Below, piece after piece: positions 42,241 to 52,524 of a stretch of DNA of 64,000 bases. The stretch is from a virus (taxonomy: Duplodnaviria > Caudoviricetes). The DNA is taken from the IMG/VR virus record IMGVR_UViG_3300008262_000055; one strand, 5' to 3'. Within the stretch, counting starts at the first letter, position 1. Each line of letters begins with the position of its first letter. The translations under genes were made by a program, and so were the position numbers. The notes below the pieces were generated by a model. It searched no databases and was not told where the DNA came from. It saw only the letters and a list, made by a program, of their open reading frames with translations.

Positions 42241-42350
42241 TGGTGTGGTCGGTAGGATTCGAACCTACAAAGACGGCGGCTATGCCTATGTCCCATTCCC
42301 AAGTGCGTTTCGCAACGGACCGGAGGTCTGCCAATTCCACTTACGACCAC
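42241..42350 (-). tRNA. tRNA-like RNA, 110 nt, encoded CCA, anticodon not assignable
   Basis: Acceptor GTGGTCG/CGACCAC + A + CCA; T-arm GTAGG-TTCGAAT-CCTAC; D-loop GGAATTGGCAGAC; 55 nt between D and T arms. Confidence 0.75.
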
Positions 42351-42356
42351 ATTAAT

Positions 42357-42385
42357 ATTATATACTCAACTTTAATAAAGATCAA
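42357..42385 (-). promoter_or_regulatory. sigma70 promoter for the tRNA-like RNA
   Basis: TTGATC-N17-TATAAT, 6 nt before G1. Confidence 0.75.
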
Positions 42386-42412
42386 CTTTTAACTGAGTAA
42401 ATATTACGCTTT

Positions 42413-43396
42413 ATGAACGACTTTCAATCCATTCCATTCGAAGAAATAATACAATTTGGCCAAAGGACAATGTTGGATCGTCCTCTTTTTAATGTTAGCT
42501 GGATATTGGGACGTTTCTGTAATTACTCTTGTTCTTACTGTTGGCCCTATGCTCATTCAGATAAAGTAGACTTTAAGGATCTAGGACTTTATCAAAAAAC
42601 CATTGATGAAATCAAAAGACAAGCTAGACAAAACGGTTTCAATGAATTCCATTGGAGCTTTAGCGGAGGTGAACCAACAGCATATAAACATCTAGCTGAT
42701 TTGGTTAAACACTTAGACGAAACTGAAAGCACCTACCAAAGTATTCACATGACTACCAATTTGAGCCCAGGTAGTAAGTGGTGGAACATTTGGGCAAGAA
42801 ATACAGAAATGCTACAACGGCGTAGCATCACAGCCAGCTATCACTCGGAGTTTGCCAAAGAGCAAGAGTTTGGCGACAAGTGTTTACAGCTAACTTATGA
42901 TTTAGTACATGTTACAGTTAATCAGGTAATGGTTCCTGATAAATTTTATGAGCTGTATGACCGCTGCGAACGATTCTATAAAAGAGGAATCAATGTAACA
43001 TTAAAACCACAGAGCGATCCAACTGCTAGTTCTGTAGTATCAGGTTACACAGATGACATGATAAAATTAATGCGGGAAGGTTTTCCGCAAACAGCTAATG
43101 ATGAACCAGTTTATCAAGTAGCTTTATATGATCGTAATAGGACCGAGTATCTGTTAGATCAAGCAGAAAGGTTTAATGCTTTTAATTTTAATAAATTTGA
43201 AAATTGGAAATGTAATAGTGGTTACCAAAGTGTAGTAATTCGGGGAAATGAAGTGAAACGTGCTTACAGTTGTCATGATCCTAGTCTAGGAACACTAACT
43301 GATGGGTTTGATTTATTCCAAGAACCTAAAATATGTTCTACACCTAGTTGTGTAAGTTCGGCTGATAGTAAAATACCAAAGGTTAAAATTGTTTAA
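42413..43396 (+). CDS. Radical SAM protein (subfamily A) with C-terminal Cys cluster
   Basis: CNYSCSYC, SGGEPT, WKCNSG...SC...ICSTPSC; GTAAATA core at 42397-42403. Confidence 0.9.
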   Translation: MNDFQSIPFEEIIQFGQRTMLDRPLFNVSWILGRFCNYSCSYCWPYAHSDKVDFKDLGLYQKTIDEIKRQARQNGFNEFHWSFSGGEPTAYKHLADLVKHLDETESTYQSIHMTTNLSPGSKWWNIWARNTEMLQRRSITASYHSEFAKEQEFGDKCLQLTYDLVHVTVNQVMVPDKFYELYDRCERFYKRGINVTLKPQSDPTASSVVSGYTDDMIKLMREGFPQTANDEPVYQVALYDRNRTEYLLDQAERFNAFNFNKFENWKCNSGYQSVVIRGNEVKRAYSCHDPSLGTLTDGFDLFQEPKICSTPSCVSSADSKIPKVKIV

Positions 43397-44462
43397 ATTT
43401 TCGCAATTAAAATCTATTCATCTTGAAATAACTAATCGCTGTCAGGCCAGCTGTCCCATGTGTGCGAGAAATATTCGCGGTGGTATTGAAAATCCTAATC
43501 TTGTCTATACTGACTGGACTTTGTCTGATTACAAAGCTATAATGACGCAAGAAGTAATTAATCAAGTAGAGGACATCTACTTTTGTGGAAATTACGGTGA
43601 TCCAGTTATTAACAATGAACTTCCTGCTTTCTGTGAATACACTAAAAACTTAAATCCTAACATTAGAATAAGAATACACACCAACGGCAGCATCAGAAAC
43701 ACTCTATGGTGGCGTAAACTAGCAGATAAACTGCCAGACGATCACGCTGTGATATTTGGCATTGATGGTGTAGACGATAAAACACAAGAGATATATCGTA
43801 TAGGCACTGACTACAATAAGATCATTGACAATGCTACAGCTTTTATACAGTCTGGTGGCAATGCCGAATGGGTCTTTATACGCTTTCAACACAATCAAGA
43901 TCAAGTTGAACAGGCTAGGACATTGGCTCAGAGTCTAGGGTTTAAAAAATTTACTGTGAAAAACACTTCTAGATTTGTTATGACTCCTTATCTCGATGTC
44001 CAAGATAAAAATGGAACGGCTGTTTATCAAATTAGACCACCGTCAGACATGCCTCTGACATTTATAGACAAAAAAACATTATCAATGTATAAGGACGTAG
44101 TAGAAACATCAGTTATAGAATGTAAAGTATTAAAAGATAAAGAAATATACATTGACGCACATAAGAATTTATATCCTTGCTGTTGGTTAGCCACTGTACC
44201 GTATGCTTACGAGACAGATGATATAACAGGAAAAATTAAAAAAGAAATGAAACAACAGGATCTAGAAATACTAGATACAATTGGCACTATCAACACATTA
44301 GAAAAATCTATAAAAGACATAATCGACTCGGACGGATATCAAACTGTTTGGAACAATCGCTGGCATAATGACAAATTAATCATGTGTGCTAGAACCTGTG
44401 GTGTATCGGAACAAGCAGTATTTTCACAACCTAAAGATCAAATAATAAATGAAACCCATTAA
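43389..44462 (+). CDS. Radical SAM / twitch-SPASM protein (subfamily B)
   Basis: CQASCPMC, CGNYGDP, HTNGS, ECK...YPCC...CARTC. Confidence 0.9.
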   Translation: MFKFSQLKSIHLEITNRCQASCPMCARNIRGGIENPNLVYTDWTLSDYKAIMTQEVINQVEDIYFCGNYGDPVINNELPAFCEYTKNLNPNIRIRIHTNGSIRNTLWWRKLADKLPDDHAVIFGIDGVDDKTQEIYRIGTDYNKIIDNATAFIQSGGNAEWVFIRFQHNQDQVEQARTLAQSLGFKKFTVKNTSRFVMTPYLDVQDKNGTAVYQIRPPSDMPLTFIDKKTLSMYKDVVETSVIECKVLKDKEIYIDAHKNLYPCCWLATVPYAYETDDITGKIKKEMKQQDLEILDTIGTINTLEKSIKDIIDSDGYQTVWNNRWHNDKLIMCARTCGVSEQAVFSQPKDQIINETH

Positions 44463-45483
44463 GATAGTTTCTACTCAAGATTCGGATTATTTAGAAGTAC
44501 GTTGGAACCCTAACAATGTATGTAACTTCTCTTGTCGTTATTGTTTTCCCGGCTCCAACGAAGGTGATCACAAATCACCCAAGGATCTAGATCTTATCAT
44601 CGATAACTTCAATCATTTTTTAAAACAATATAGAGAAAAATTAGGTAAAACCAAAGTACATTTAAAGATTGCCGGCGGAGAACCTACACTCTGGAAAGAC
44701 CTTGCGGTGTTTATTGATCGCATTAAACAACAGAATGATGTTTACATTACACTGATATCCAACGGATCTCGAACCCTGCGGTGGTGGAAACAGTATGGGC
44801 ATCTCATAGACAATGTTACACTCAGTTATCATGTGGCACAGGCTAACTTAGAACATCACATAGAAGTAGCAGATACTATGTTTGAACTAGGTAAAAAAAC
44901 CACTGTAATGGTATTAATGGATCCCGATCATTGGGATAAAGCTGTAAGTGATATTGAATATATGAAAAGTTACAGCAGACACAAGTGGTTTATACAAACA
45001 GCTGAAGTCATAGAACCTGATCATATGTCATTAAACAAGATAAAAATCATCACAGGACAGGAACGTCGATATGATCAGGAACAAAAACGTTATATGAAAT
45101 GGGGCTTAAAAAGATTACCCGGCTTAGGTTGGTTTATTAAGAATTGGAAAATCTTTGTAAACAATATAAAAATATGGGAAAGTAAAGCAACATTAGAAGA
45201 TGGTAAAACTATTAATGCTAGACCACAAACTTATATCAATAATAACTGGAATAATTTTAAAGGTTGGCAATGTAATTTAGGCATTGAAGGAGTTTACATA
45301 CATTGGGATGGTACTATTATAGGATCCTGCTGGCAAAAGCTCTACGGTTTAGATTACAGTTTTAATATTCTTTCTGAAGATTTTGTTGAAAAGTTTAATC
45401 CAGAGTTTAAACCAGTGATCTGCGGAATCAATAATTGTTTCTGCCAGCCAGAAACTCATATATCAAAATTTAAACTTAGTTAA
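44449..45483 (+). CDS. Radical SAM protein (subfamily A)
   Basis: CNFSCRYC, AGGEPT, SNGS, WQCNLG...SC...ICGINNCFC. Confidence 0.9.
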   Translation: MKPIKIVSTQDSDYLEVRWNPNNVCNFSCRYCFPGSNEGDHKSPKDLDLIIDNFNHFLKQYREKLGKTKVHLKIAGGEPTLWKDLAVFIDRIKQQNDVYITLISNGSRTLRWWKQYGHLIDNVTLSYHVAQANLEHHIEVADTMFELGKKTTVMVLMDPDHWDKAVSDIEYMKSYSRHKWFIQTAEVIEPDHMSLNKIKIITGQERRYDQEQKRYMKWGLKRLPGLGWFIKNWKIFVNNIKIWESKATLEDGKTINARPQTYINNNWNNFKGWQCNLGIEGVYIHWDGTIIGSCWQKLYGLDYSFNILSEDFVEKFNPEFKPVICGINNCFCQPETHISKFKLS

Positions 45484-46371
45484 CGGTATATCCGCAGCAC
45501 AAGTACACCAGTCTCTTGTACATGAGATTGGCTCTAATGGAACAGCAAATGTTCCTGTATAGATATTTCCTAGGCTACCACCTACACGACAAGTGGCACG
45601 ATGTACTTCTCCGTCCCAGTTAATCATTAGACTTTCAATGCCCGCATGACATTTCCAATCTTTGAAATTGTTTATTTTCTTTTTGATGATATCGTTAGCG
45701 TGTAGATAAACTTTTTCTCCGCTATCTTCAGTTATTACTGTGTTAGGTTTGACCGTGGCATCTTTTGATAGTATCCATTCGAGGTCTTTACCGTCGTATC
45801 TCATGTCATCGAAAACATTGTGGTCACCTTCTGTCCAACGTATTCTACGAACAGCATACTTAATTCCTGCTTTGTCTAAAAATTCAACTGCTTCTCTAAC
45901 ATCACTCATATGATTATGATGTGCCATAACATTAACAAAAAAGTCTAGATTAGTATCTGCGAACTTTAACTCGTGGATAGTACCTAATACCCTTTTCCAA
46001 TCGTACTCAAAGTGTAAACTTATTACCATATGATTAAAAAATATTGAATTATCTATGTACCATCTAGCAGTTCTAGTGCCGTTAGTTGTTACATTGACCC
46101 AGAAAATATCTTTACGCTTCATATAATCGAATAGATCTTCTATATCTGGATGTACACAAGGCTCCCCTCCGGTTAAACTAATACGTAAAGGTTTACCTAA
46201 TTCGCAGAGTCGGTCTACAGTTTGTTCTAAAATATTGATATCAGTATGTGGACTGTAATGATCGTGAATGCTTTCCGGACAGTATGAGCAGTCGTAATTA
46301 CAACGCTTGCCAATATTCCACTCAACTTTAATTTGATCTTGATGCGGCCATGAGGAGGTCACATTATACAT
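45463..46371 (-). CDS. Radical SAM protein (subfamily A)
   Basis: CNYDCSYC, TGGEP, TTNGT, WKCHAG...TC...SCTRDWCTC; start re-assigned to 46371. Confidence 0.9.
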   Translation of the reverse strand: MYNVTSSWPHQDQIKVEWNIGKRCNYDCSYCPESIHDHYSPHTDINILEQTVDRLCELGKPLRISLTGGEPCVHPDIEDLFDYMKRKDIFWVNVTTNGTRTARWYIDNSIFFNHMVISLHFEYDWKRVLGTIHELKFADTNLDFFVNVMAHHNHMSDVREAVEFLDKAGIKYAVRRIRWTEGDHNVFDDMRYDGKDLEWILSKDATVKPNTVITEDSGEKVYLHANDIIKKKINNFKDWKCHAGIESLMINWDGEVHRATCRVGGSLGNIYTGTFAVPLEPISCTRDWCTCAADIPLTKFKF

Positions 46372-47632
46372 ATGATTTAAATTCCGGTGTAATGTCTTCA
46401 AACTTCCATGTGTCTCTTGATTTATCCAGTCTATGATTGAATTCAACACAGTCGTTCCATTTATCATGTTGATCACGTGCTTGTAGATAGTTGATGTTGT
46501 CTTTTATCTGACCTAACGTATATTCTAAAAGCTGCGGATGTTCTTTAACTAATTTAAAGTCCTTGACTCGTAGACTCAATGCTTCTAATTTTTGTATCGC
46601 TAACTGTTTTAATTCTTTAGGTAACACCTGTGCTGATAATACTTTAGGATATTCTACCCTATGGGTATGAAATACTATGCCTAGATCATTTAAGAAGTAT
46701 TCGCATATTTTATCTAAGGTCAAAATATTGCTTACTTGTACAGTAACGGCACCTACTATACGACTTATATTAGATATAGTCTGTATCTGTTTGATGTTGT
46801 GTACCAGCTCGGCCCACGAAGCATTGCCCCTTATGTATTCATAGGTGCTGCCAACGCCGTCAATGCTAACATTTACTGCTACAGATTTAAATTTGGGCCA
46901 ATACTCCCAGACAGTGCGATTGCTTTTACCTAACATACTTAGATTAGTAGCATACTTGATTTCAATTTGATGCCCGTAAGGAGCCAGCATGTCTAATATG
47001 CGATAGTGCTGGGGATCCATTAACGGCTCTCCACCAGCAAACTCTACCCGGCGAAAGTGCGGTAGATTCTTTTCTAGACTAGCCCACCATTGTTCATTAT
47101 CTTGAAACTTATCTAAGAAAGGTTTTTCTTTGAGATTATGTTCTTTTACAATATGAAACATAATATTATTTTCTTTTTCGTAGAATTCTTCTACTTGATC
47201 CCAATCGTTCCAACTGGTGCTATCCATAGGATGACACATACGACATTTAAGATTACACAAATTATTCAGCTTTAACTCCATAGTAGGAATTTCAAAAGGC
47301 ATTTCAAACTCTTTGTTAATCTTGTGATTAGCATTAGGATACAATTTAATACGTGCTTCGGGTATTTTACCGTTAATGTGTCGTTGTCTAAGACTTTCTA
47401 CACCCTGATCCTCCAGACTGAAACAGGGTTCGCATTCTGGTGGACGAACACCGCCAAGCACCTGCTTGCGTATTCGTTTCATATTATCGTTATTCCAGAT
47501 CTCTTCTAAAGTTTGTTCTTGTATCTGACCAATAGGATGACTGCGACAACATACACATACTGCCCCATCTTCTCGTGTAGCAAGTCCTGTAAAAGGATGC
47601 ATACAAAATGTTGAAGGATTACTGTTGTTCAA
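46364..47632 (-). CDS. Radical SAM protein with N-terminal twitch-like Cys domain (subfamily C)
   Basis: FCMHPF...VCC...CEPC...E..G..SLR; CNLKCRMC; AGGEPL. Confidence 0.9.
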   Translation of the reverse strand: MNNSNPSTFCMHPFTGLATREDGAVCVCCRSHPIGQIQEQTLEEIWNNDNMKRIRKQVLGGVRPPECEPCFSLEDQGVESLRQRHINGKIPEARIKLYPNANHKINKEFEMPFEIPTMELKLNNLCNLKCRMCHPMDSTSWNDWDQVEEFYEKENNIMFHIVKEHNLKEKPFLDKFQDNEQWWASLEKNLPHFRRVEFAGGEPLMDPQHYRILDMLAPYGHQIEIKYATNLSMLGKSNRTVWEYWPKFKSVAVNVSIDGVGSTYEYIRGNASWAELVHNIKQIQTISNISRIVGAVTVQVSNILTLDKICEYFLNDLGIVFHTHRVEYPKVLSAQVLPKELKQLAIQKLEALSLRVKDFKLVKEHPQLLEYTLGQIKDNINYLQARDQHDKWNDCVEFNHRLDKSRDTWKFEDITPEFKSYV

Positions 47633-48350
47633 TTGCCCATGCCCTTTCTTTACACCAAAAACATTCTCCGCAAATAGGTACTTTTTGGCCTGGTTTATAA
47701 TTTTTATAGTCTAACTTTTTAAATGTACCCTCGCAGCTACGAGTAATATCAAATAATTTTTGTAAACCTAGATCTTTATACTGTTTTATTATCCAAGACT
47801 TTTCAATGAATCTGAACGGATGGACAGCAGTACGTCCCATATGGGTCATTAGTTTTAGGTGCTGGTTGTCTTCTGTTTCCTCTATATCTCTAGTAGGCAT
47901 GCCTTGAAAATCTACATCACGTGGATTCCTGGTTACAGCATTATAATAGGCATTGACATTTTCTCTATGACAGATATATTCAGCATAGGCACGTTGTTCA
48001 ATATTATCTCCACTGACTATTTTACCATACTCGTCGACCATTGTTGGGCCTTGATCACCCCACTCTAATTCAGGTGCGATAAAATTTGTATGTTTTTTAA
48101 AACCTATATGATGGAATTCTTGGAATAAAAATCTGTAAACCATCTGAGCATCGTGTTGTTGCCACGGCTTAGTTTTCCAGCAACGTATGTGATTAATGAT
48201 ATGTACATTAAACGGATAAAGATCGTTTTTTCTAACATAATCGCAGAGAATGTATGCCAGCAAAGCACTGTCGGCACCGCCACTGACACTTATAGCTATT
48301 TTATTCCAACTAGGGTCGAATGGAATAGTTAGTCCGTCTTGATTAATCAT
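47619..48350 (-). CDS. QueC-like PP-loop ATPase
   Basis: SVSGGADS (PP-loop), TRSC...CGECFWCKER (QueC-type Zn ligands). Confidence 0.7.
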   Translation of the reverse strand: MINQDGLTIPFDPSWNKIAISVSGGADSALLAYILCDYVRKNDLYPFNVHIINHIRCWKTKPWQQHDAQMVYRFLFQEFHHIGFKKHTNFIAPELEWGDQGPTMVDEYGKIVSGDNIEQRAYAEYICHRENVNAYYNAVTRNPRDVDFQGMPTRDIEETEDNQHLKLMTHMGRTAVHPFRFIEKSWIIKQYKDLGLQKLFDITRSCEGTFKKLDYKNYKPGQKVPICGECFWCKERAWAIEQQ

Positions 48351-49191
48351 TGTTTTCCAAATATCTAATTAATGGGCTAACTCCTACCGGCTCACCTTGT
48401 CTTAGAGCTAGGTGAATACTGTTAGTAGGTGTTAGGTCGAAATCTTTACAAACTTTGTAGTATCTATCTCCGTGTGTGTTCCAGAGGTAATCATTTGGCA
48501 ATTTGCGTATGAAATGTAACCCTATCATTGCCAACGCTCTATTGTTCATATTAAAATCATTCATGATAGTAATAGAATCTTGTTTAAATTTTTTGGTCCA
48601 TCTAAGACCTATTCTATTCCATCCTAATCCTAACCCTTTAGAGAGGCTAATTGCCACAGATACCACACTAGGGTGATTAAGATTGAAACTAACAGAGCGG
48701 CAACACGTGATCCACGCTCCGTCGATATGTACTGGGATATTTTTTTCCAAACATTCATTTAAGATGTCCTCCATGTTTTTGTGGGGTTGACCAACACTAG
48801 GAAAAGGCATAGCTATAATTAGTGGGAGTCCTGGGATTAGAGATCCTACATCTTTAACAAACGCTAACCCCAATCGGTCGTGGTACCTATAGTCTCCACT
48901 TACAACTTGTAGAGGTCCGTCCATATAAAGACTATCTATAAACTGTGTACAACCTATGACTATGTCTTTTCGTTCAAATGATTCTAGCCCCTGGATAGAA
49001 TTTAATTTAGAAGACATTAACCACTGTTCGGTTTCTATTTTAAATTGATCATATACTGAGTCAGAAATGTCTTTATCTATGCGTCCATTTAGTACATCTG
49101 CGATTAGTTCTTCTATACGGTTATCGGATAACGGTGAAGGTCTATCCACTTCTAGATATTGAGCAGAATAAATTGGTGCTATGCGAATCAT
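48343..49191 (-). CDS. PLP-dependent enzyme, fold type I-like (short)
   Basis: VHIDGAW, ISLSKG (Schiff-base Lys position), RIG; start 49191 follows TTAAATA. Confidence 0.6.
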   Translation of the reverse strand: MIRIAPIYSAQYLEVDRPSPLSDNRIEELIADVLNGRIDKDISDSVYDQFKIETEQWLMSSKLNSIQGLESFERKDIVIGCTQFIDSLYMDGPLQVVSGDYRYHDRLGLAFVKDVGSLIPGLPLIIAMPFPSVGQPHKNMEDILNECLEKNIPVHIDGAWITCCRSVSFNLNHPSVVSVAISLSKGLGLGWNRIGLRWTKKFKQDSITIMNDFNMNNRALAMIGLHFIRKLPNDYLWNTHGDRYYKVCKDFDLTPTNSIHLALRQGEPVGVSPLIRYLENND

Positions 49192-49195
49192 GAAA

Positions 49196-49226
49196 TATTT
49201 AACCCTAAAATAGTAGCATATAAATA
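49196..49226. promoter_or_regulatory. Divergent late promoters inside the enzyme island
   Basis: TTAAATA on minus (49196-49202); TATAAATA on plus (49219-49226), 4 nt before ATG 49231. Confidence 0.65.
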
Positions 49227-49230
49227 TTTC

Positions 49231-50658
49231 ATGGTAGAAAAAAATAAAGTATTTTGGATCCAATCAACAGATACACAGTTAGGTCAATGGCAAAAACAAA
49301 TTAAAGAAGTCACAGGATCTGACAGTTTTTGTGTGTTGCCATGGATACATCTAGCAACTAGACCCAATGGCGACATGAGGATATGTTGTGTAGCCAACGC
49401 ATCCGGAGCCGAAAGTGGTGATTATACCGTGGGGCTCGTAAAAACAGAAAATGGTGAGCCTGCTAATTTTGGTAAAGACTTGCCCATCGATGCTTTTAAT
49501 AATGACTACATGAAATCGGTACGCAAAACAATGTTAGCAGGTGAAGTTCCTGCTAGCTGTTTAAAGTGTTATGAAGAAGAACAGCAGGGTATTGCTAGTA
49601 AACGTATATGGGAAACTGGTACTTGGTATCTAAACGAAAAACTAGATATAGAAGAACTAATTAAAGAAACGCAAGAAGACGGATCTGTGCCTTATAAACT
49701 AAGATATCTAGATCTTAGACTTGGTCATACTTGTAATTTAAAATGTATTATGTGTAGTCCTCATGACAGCAGTCAATGGGTACCTGAACATAAAAAAGTT
49801 TATCCAATATTTCAAAGCCCGTTAATTAAGAAACAAATGGACTGGAGTCCTAGCCAGTTTAATAATTACTGGCATGAGAATCCTCAATTTTGGGAACAGG
49901 TATTTGATCAAATACCTAACATTCGCCAATTGTATTTTGCCGGTGGCGAGCCTTTATTGATAAAAGAACATAGAAGATTATTAGAAGAAATTATTGATAG
50001 AGGTTATGCTGACCAAATCAGTCTACGATATAACACCAACGGACTATTGATTAATGAAGAAATAATTTCAGTCTGGCAGAAATTTAAAAAAGTTAAAGTT
50101 GGTTTTAGTCTCGACGGCATGGAGCAACGTGGACATTATATAAGATATCCTTTAGATTGGAATACCATAGAACAAAGTCTTAAATTATTAGATTCGGCTC
50201 CAGATAATATTCAAACTAATATTGCCTTTGCGGCACAGATTCTTAATATAAAACACGTTCCTGAGTTTATTAAATGGAAAGTAAAAAGTAATTTTAAAAA
50301 AATAAACTTTGATAAAAATGCCGCAGGGCAGACAATGGGTGGCGGATTAATGGGAGTTCATTTATTATGGATCCCTACGTGGCTAAGTCTTAGAGTATTG
50401 CCTGCTGCTGATAAAAAAGAAATTAGAAAATTGTTTACTGAACTTCAAACCTGGTTATGGGACAATTATACACACGATACAGAATTTTGGGAAACAAATC
50501 CTTACGGATGGAAACGGTGGGAGGGTATACTAGATTGGATGGATGCCGAGGATCATACTAATTTACTTCCAGACTTCCGTGAATATATTACTACTATGGA
50601 TCGTCAGCGAGGTACTGATTTTAAAAATACATTTCCTGAACTAGCACATTTATTATGA
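49231..50658 (+). CDS. Radical SAM protein with N-terminal twitch-like Cys domain (subfamily C)
   Basis: FCVLPW...ICC...CLKC.EEE..G..SKR; CNLKCIMC; AGGEPL; NTNG. Confidence 0.9.
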   Translation: MVEKNKVFWIQSTDTQLGQWQKQIKEVTGSDSFCVLPWIHLATRPNGDMRICCVANASGAESGDYTVGLVKTENGEPANFGKDLPIDAFNNDYMKSVRKTMLAGEVPASCLKCYEEEQQGIASKRIWETGTWYLNEKLDIEELIKETQEDGSVPYKLRYLDLRLGHTCNLKCIMCSPHDSSQWVPEHKKVYPIFQSPLIKKQMDWSPSQFNNYWHENPQFWEQVFDQIPNIRQLYFAGGEPLLIKEHRRLLEEIIDRGYADQISLRYNTNGLLINEEIISVWQKFKKVKVGFSLDGMEQRGHYIRYPLDWNTIEQSLKLLDSAPDNIQTNIAFAAQILNIKHVPEFIKWKVKSNFKKINFDKNAAGQTMGGGLMGVHLLWIPTWLSLRVLPAADKKEIRKLFTELQTWLWDNYTHDTEFWETNPYGWKRWEGILDWMDAEDHTNLLPDFREYITTMDRQRGTDFKNTFPELAHLL

Positions 50659-51323
50659 TTTTTTTAACTCCGTACTCTGTAGACCAAACGCTCATCAAAG
50701 ATGCTGTAGCTTCTATAGGATCGTTTGATCATAAACAAACATTAAATGTGCCGTCAGGAGATTTTTTCTATGACGGCTGGTCATTAAAAGAAGAATTTAT
50801 TAACACTCCATGGCAGAAAATTTTAGATAGCATAAAAGAACCCATTGGGGAAGCACGTATTATTACACTAGAATCTGGTACAAATTACTATAGTCATTCG
50901 GATATTGATGATCGGTGGCATCTTTCACTGGATGGTAATCAATCATTTCTAATCGATCTAGAAGATAAAACAATGTTTGAGACAGTCCAAGATGGTCAGT
51001 GGTATTTTATGAATGCTGGAAAACTCCATACAGCGGCTAATTTTGGTCAAGTACCTAGACGACAGCTAGTCGTTAGGAATCTCTTAAAACGAAATATACT
51101 TGTAGATCCTGTTACAATAGAAATAACCAAAGCAGAGGAAACATTTGATTACAGATATCAGTTTGATCACAGAATAAGTCCATGGTTAAATACAGCTAAT
51201 AAGCATGGTTACATTTCTAATTTTAGTTACAATTTAGACAAAGTAATTTTATCAATAGAAAAAACAAAATTAGATGAGCTGTTAGTGTTATTAGAAAATT
51301 TATTTAGGGCGAAAATAATATGA
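50655..51323 (+). CDS. Asp/Asn beta-hydroxylase-like 2OG oxygenase
   Basis: YSHSD, RWHL, WYFMNAGKLHTAAN, RRQLV. Confidence 0.7.
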   Translation: MIFLTPYSVDQTLIKDAVASIGSFDHKQTLNVPSGDFFYDGWSLKEEFINTPWQKILDSIKEPIGEARIITLESGTNYYSHSDIDDRWHLSLDGNQSFLIDLEDKTMFETVQDGQWYFMNAGKLHTAANFGQVPRRQLVVRNLLKRNILVDPVTIEITKAEETFDYRYQFDHRISPWLNTANKHGYISNFSYNLDKVILSIEKTKLDELLVLLENLFRAKII

Positions 51324-51898
51324 AATTTGTAGGAAACACCGCAGATATAATTGATTGGGATGAATTGTACACTACCATCAATGCTAGTAAAACAGACACA
51401 TGGGTTAGAAAAATAACCTGGGATATGGAGCTTCCGGAGAACATATCGGAAACATATAAGAGAGATCAGTACAGAATTTTTTATCCTCTAATAAAAGTTG
51501 GATATGATAAGATGGAACATATACGGTGGCGGGTTTTCCAGCCTGGAATAGATTATGCTCAAAGTATCGATGATCAATTAGCCGAATTTGTAGGATGTAG
51601 ACCATTTCTTAGTTGGATAAGTTGTATGGAACCAGGATGTATGGTTCCAATGCATATGGATACTTATAGATTAGATAAAATGAGAGAGTTTTATGACAAC
51701 AAAGAAAAAGTAGTTAGATGTACAGCTCATTTTCCTGATCCGTCTTTTGGTCATGTGTTTCTTTGTGAAGATACTTATTGCCATAATGAAGCAAAAGGTA
51801 ATGTTTACATGTGGGATGATCCAGCTGCGTTACATGCCGGATGTAACTTTGGTATACACAAAAAGTATCTTTATAATTTTTTAGGTTTTAGATTGTAA
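51320..51898 (+). CDS. 2OG/cupin oxygenase-like
   Basis: PGCMVPMHMD, GHVF, YMWDD...HAGCN. Confidence 0.7.
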   Translation: MKFVGNTADIIDWDELYTTINASKTDTWVRKITWDMELPENISETYKRDQYRIFYPLIKVGYDKMEHIRWRVFQPGIDYAQSIDDQLAEFVGCRPFLSWISCMEPGCMVPMHMDTYRLDKMREFYDNKEKVVRCTAHFPDPSFGHVFLCEDTYCHNEAKGNVYMWDDPAALHAGCNFGIHKKYLYNFLGFRL

Positions 51899-52524
51899 TG
51901 ATTGTATATACTCCAATAGACATTTCTATTAAAATTCCTAACAATGATATCTTAAAAGAATATTTTTTCAATAATTATATGACTAATCTAAAAGAAACAT
52001 TTGGATATACGTCATTGTTATGTGCTTTAATTAGTAGGAATTCTGTAATTGATTGGAGAGACGCTACTCAAGTATTTGCTGACCACGCTGGGGATACGTT
52101 ATATTATGCCCCTGGAACAAAGGAAATTTTTCCCGAACTTGTAGAGTTTATACACAGCTTGCCTTATAAAGAAATTATCGGAGCAGTATTAAATTTACAT
52201 ACTGAATACCTGCCGCCTCATCAAGATGAATTTATTAATTTAAATGTTAATGGTCCTGAGCGATATAATGTATTACTAACACCCCATTATGAACAAGAGT
52301 CTTTTTTTATTTGTAAAGAAAAAGACAGCGAAAAAATTTATCCTAAAATTTTAAAAGATTATCCTGTGTACGCATTCAGCAATAATAAAGTATATCATGG
52401 AGCAGATAAAGTACTAGACCAAAGAATTATTTTAATCTGTGCTGGAATTTTAGATGAAGAAAAACACAACAACTTAATAAAAGCAAGTTCGGAAAAATTT
52501 AAAGACTATGTTATACGAGTTTGA
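51898..52524 (+). CDS. 2OG/cupin oxygenase-like
   Basis: LPPHQD, YAFSN..VYHGA, RII. Confidence 0.65.
   Translation: MIVYTPIDISIKIPNNDILKEYFFNNYMTNLKETFGYTSLLCALISRNSVIDWRDATQVFADHAGDTLYYAPGTKEIFPELVEFIHSLPYKEIIGAVLNLHTEYLPPHQDEFINLNVNGPERYNVLLTPHYEQESFFICKEKDSEKIYPKILKDYPVYAFSNNKVYHGADKVLDQRIILICAGILDEEKHNNLIKASSEKFKDYVIRV

Noticed and set aside
42241-42350. tmRNA, or tRNA with a group I intron
   Set aside because: No G3-U70, no tag reading frame, and far too short for either
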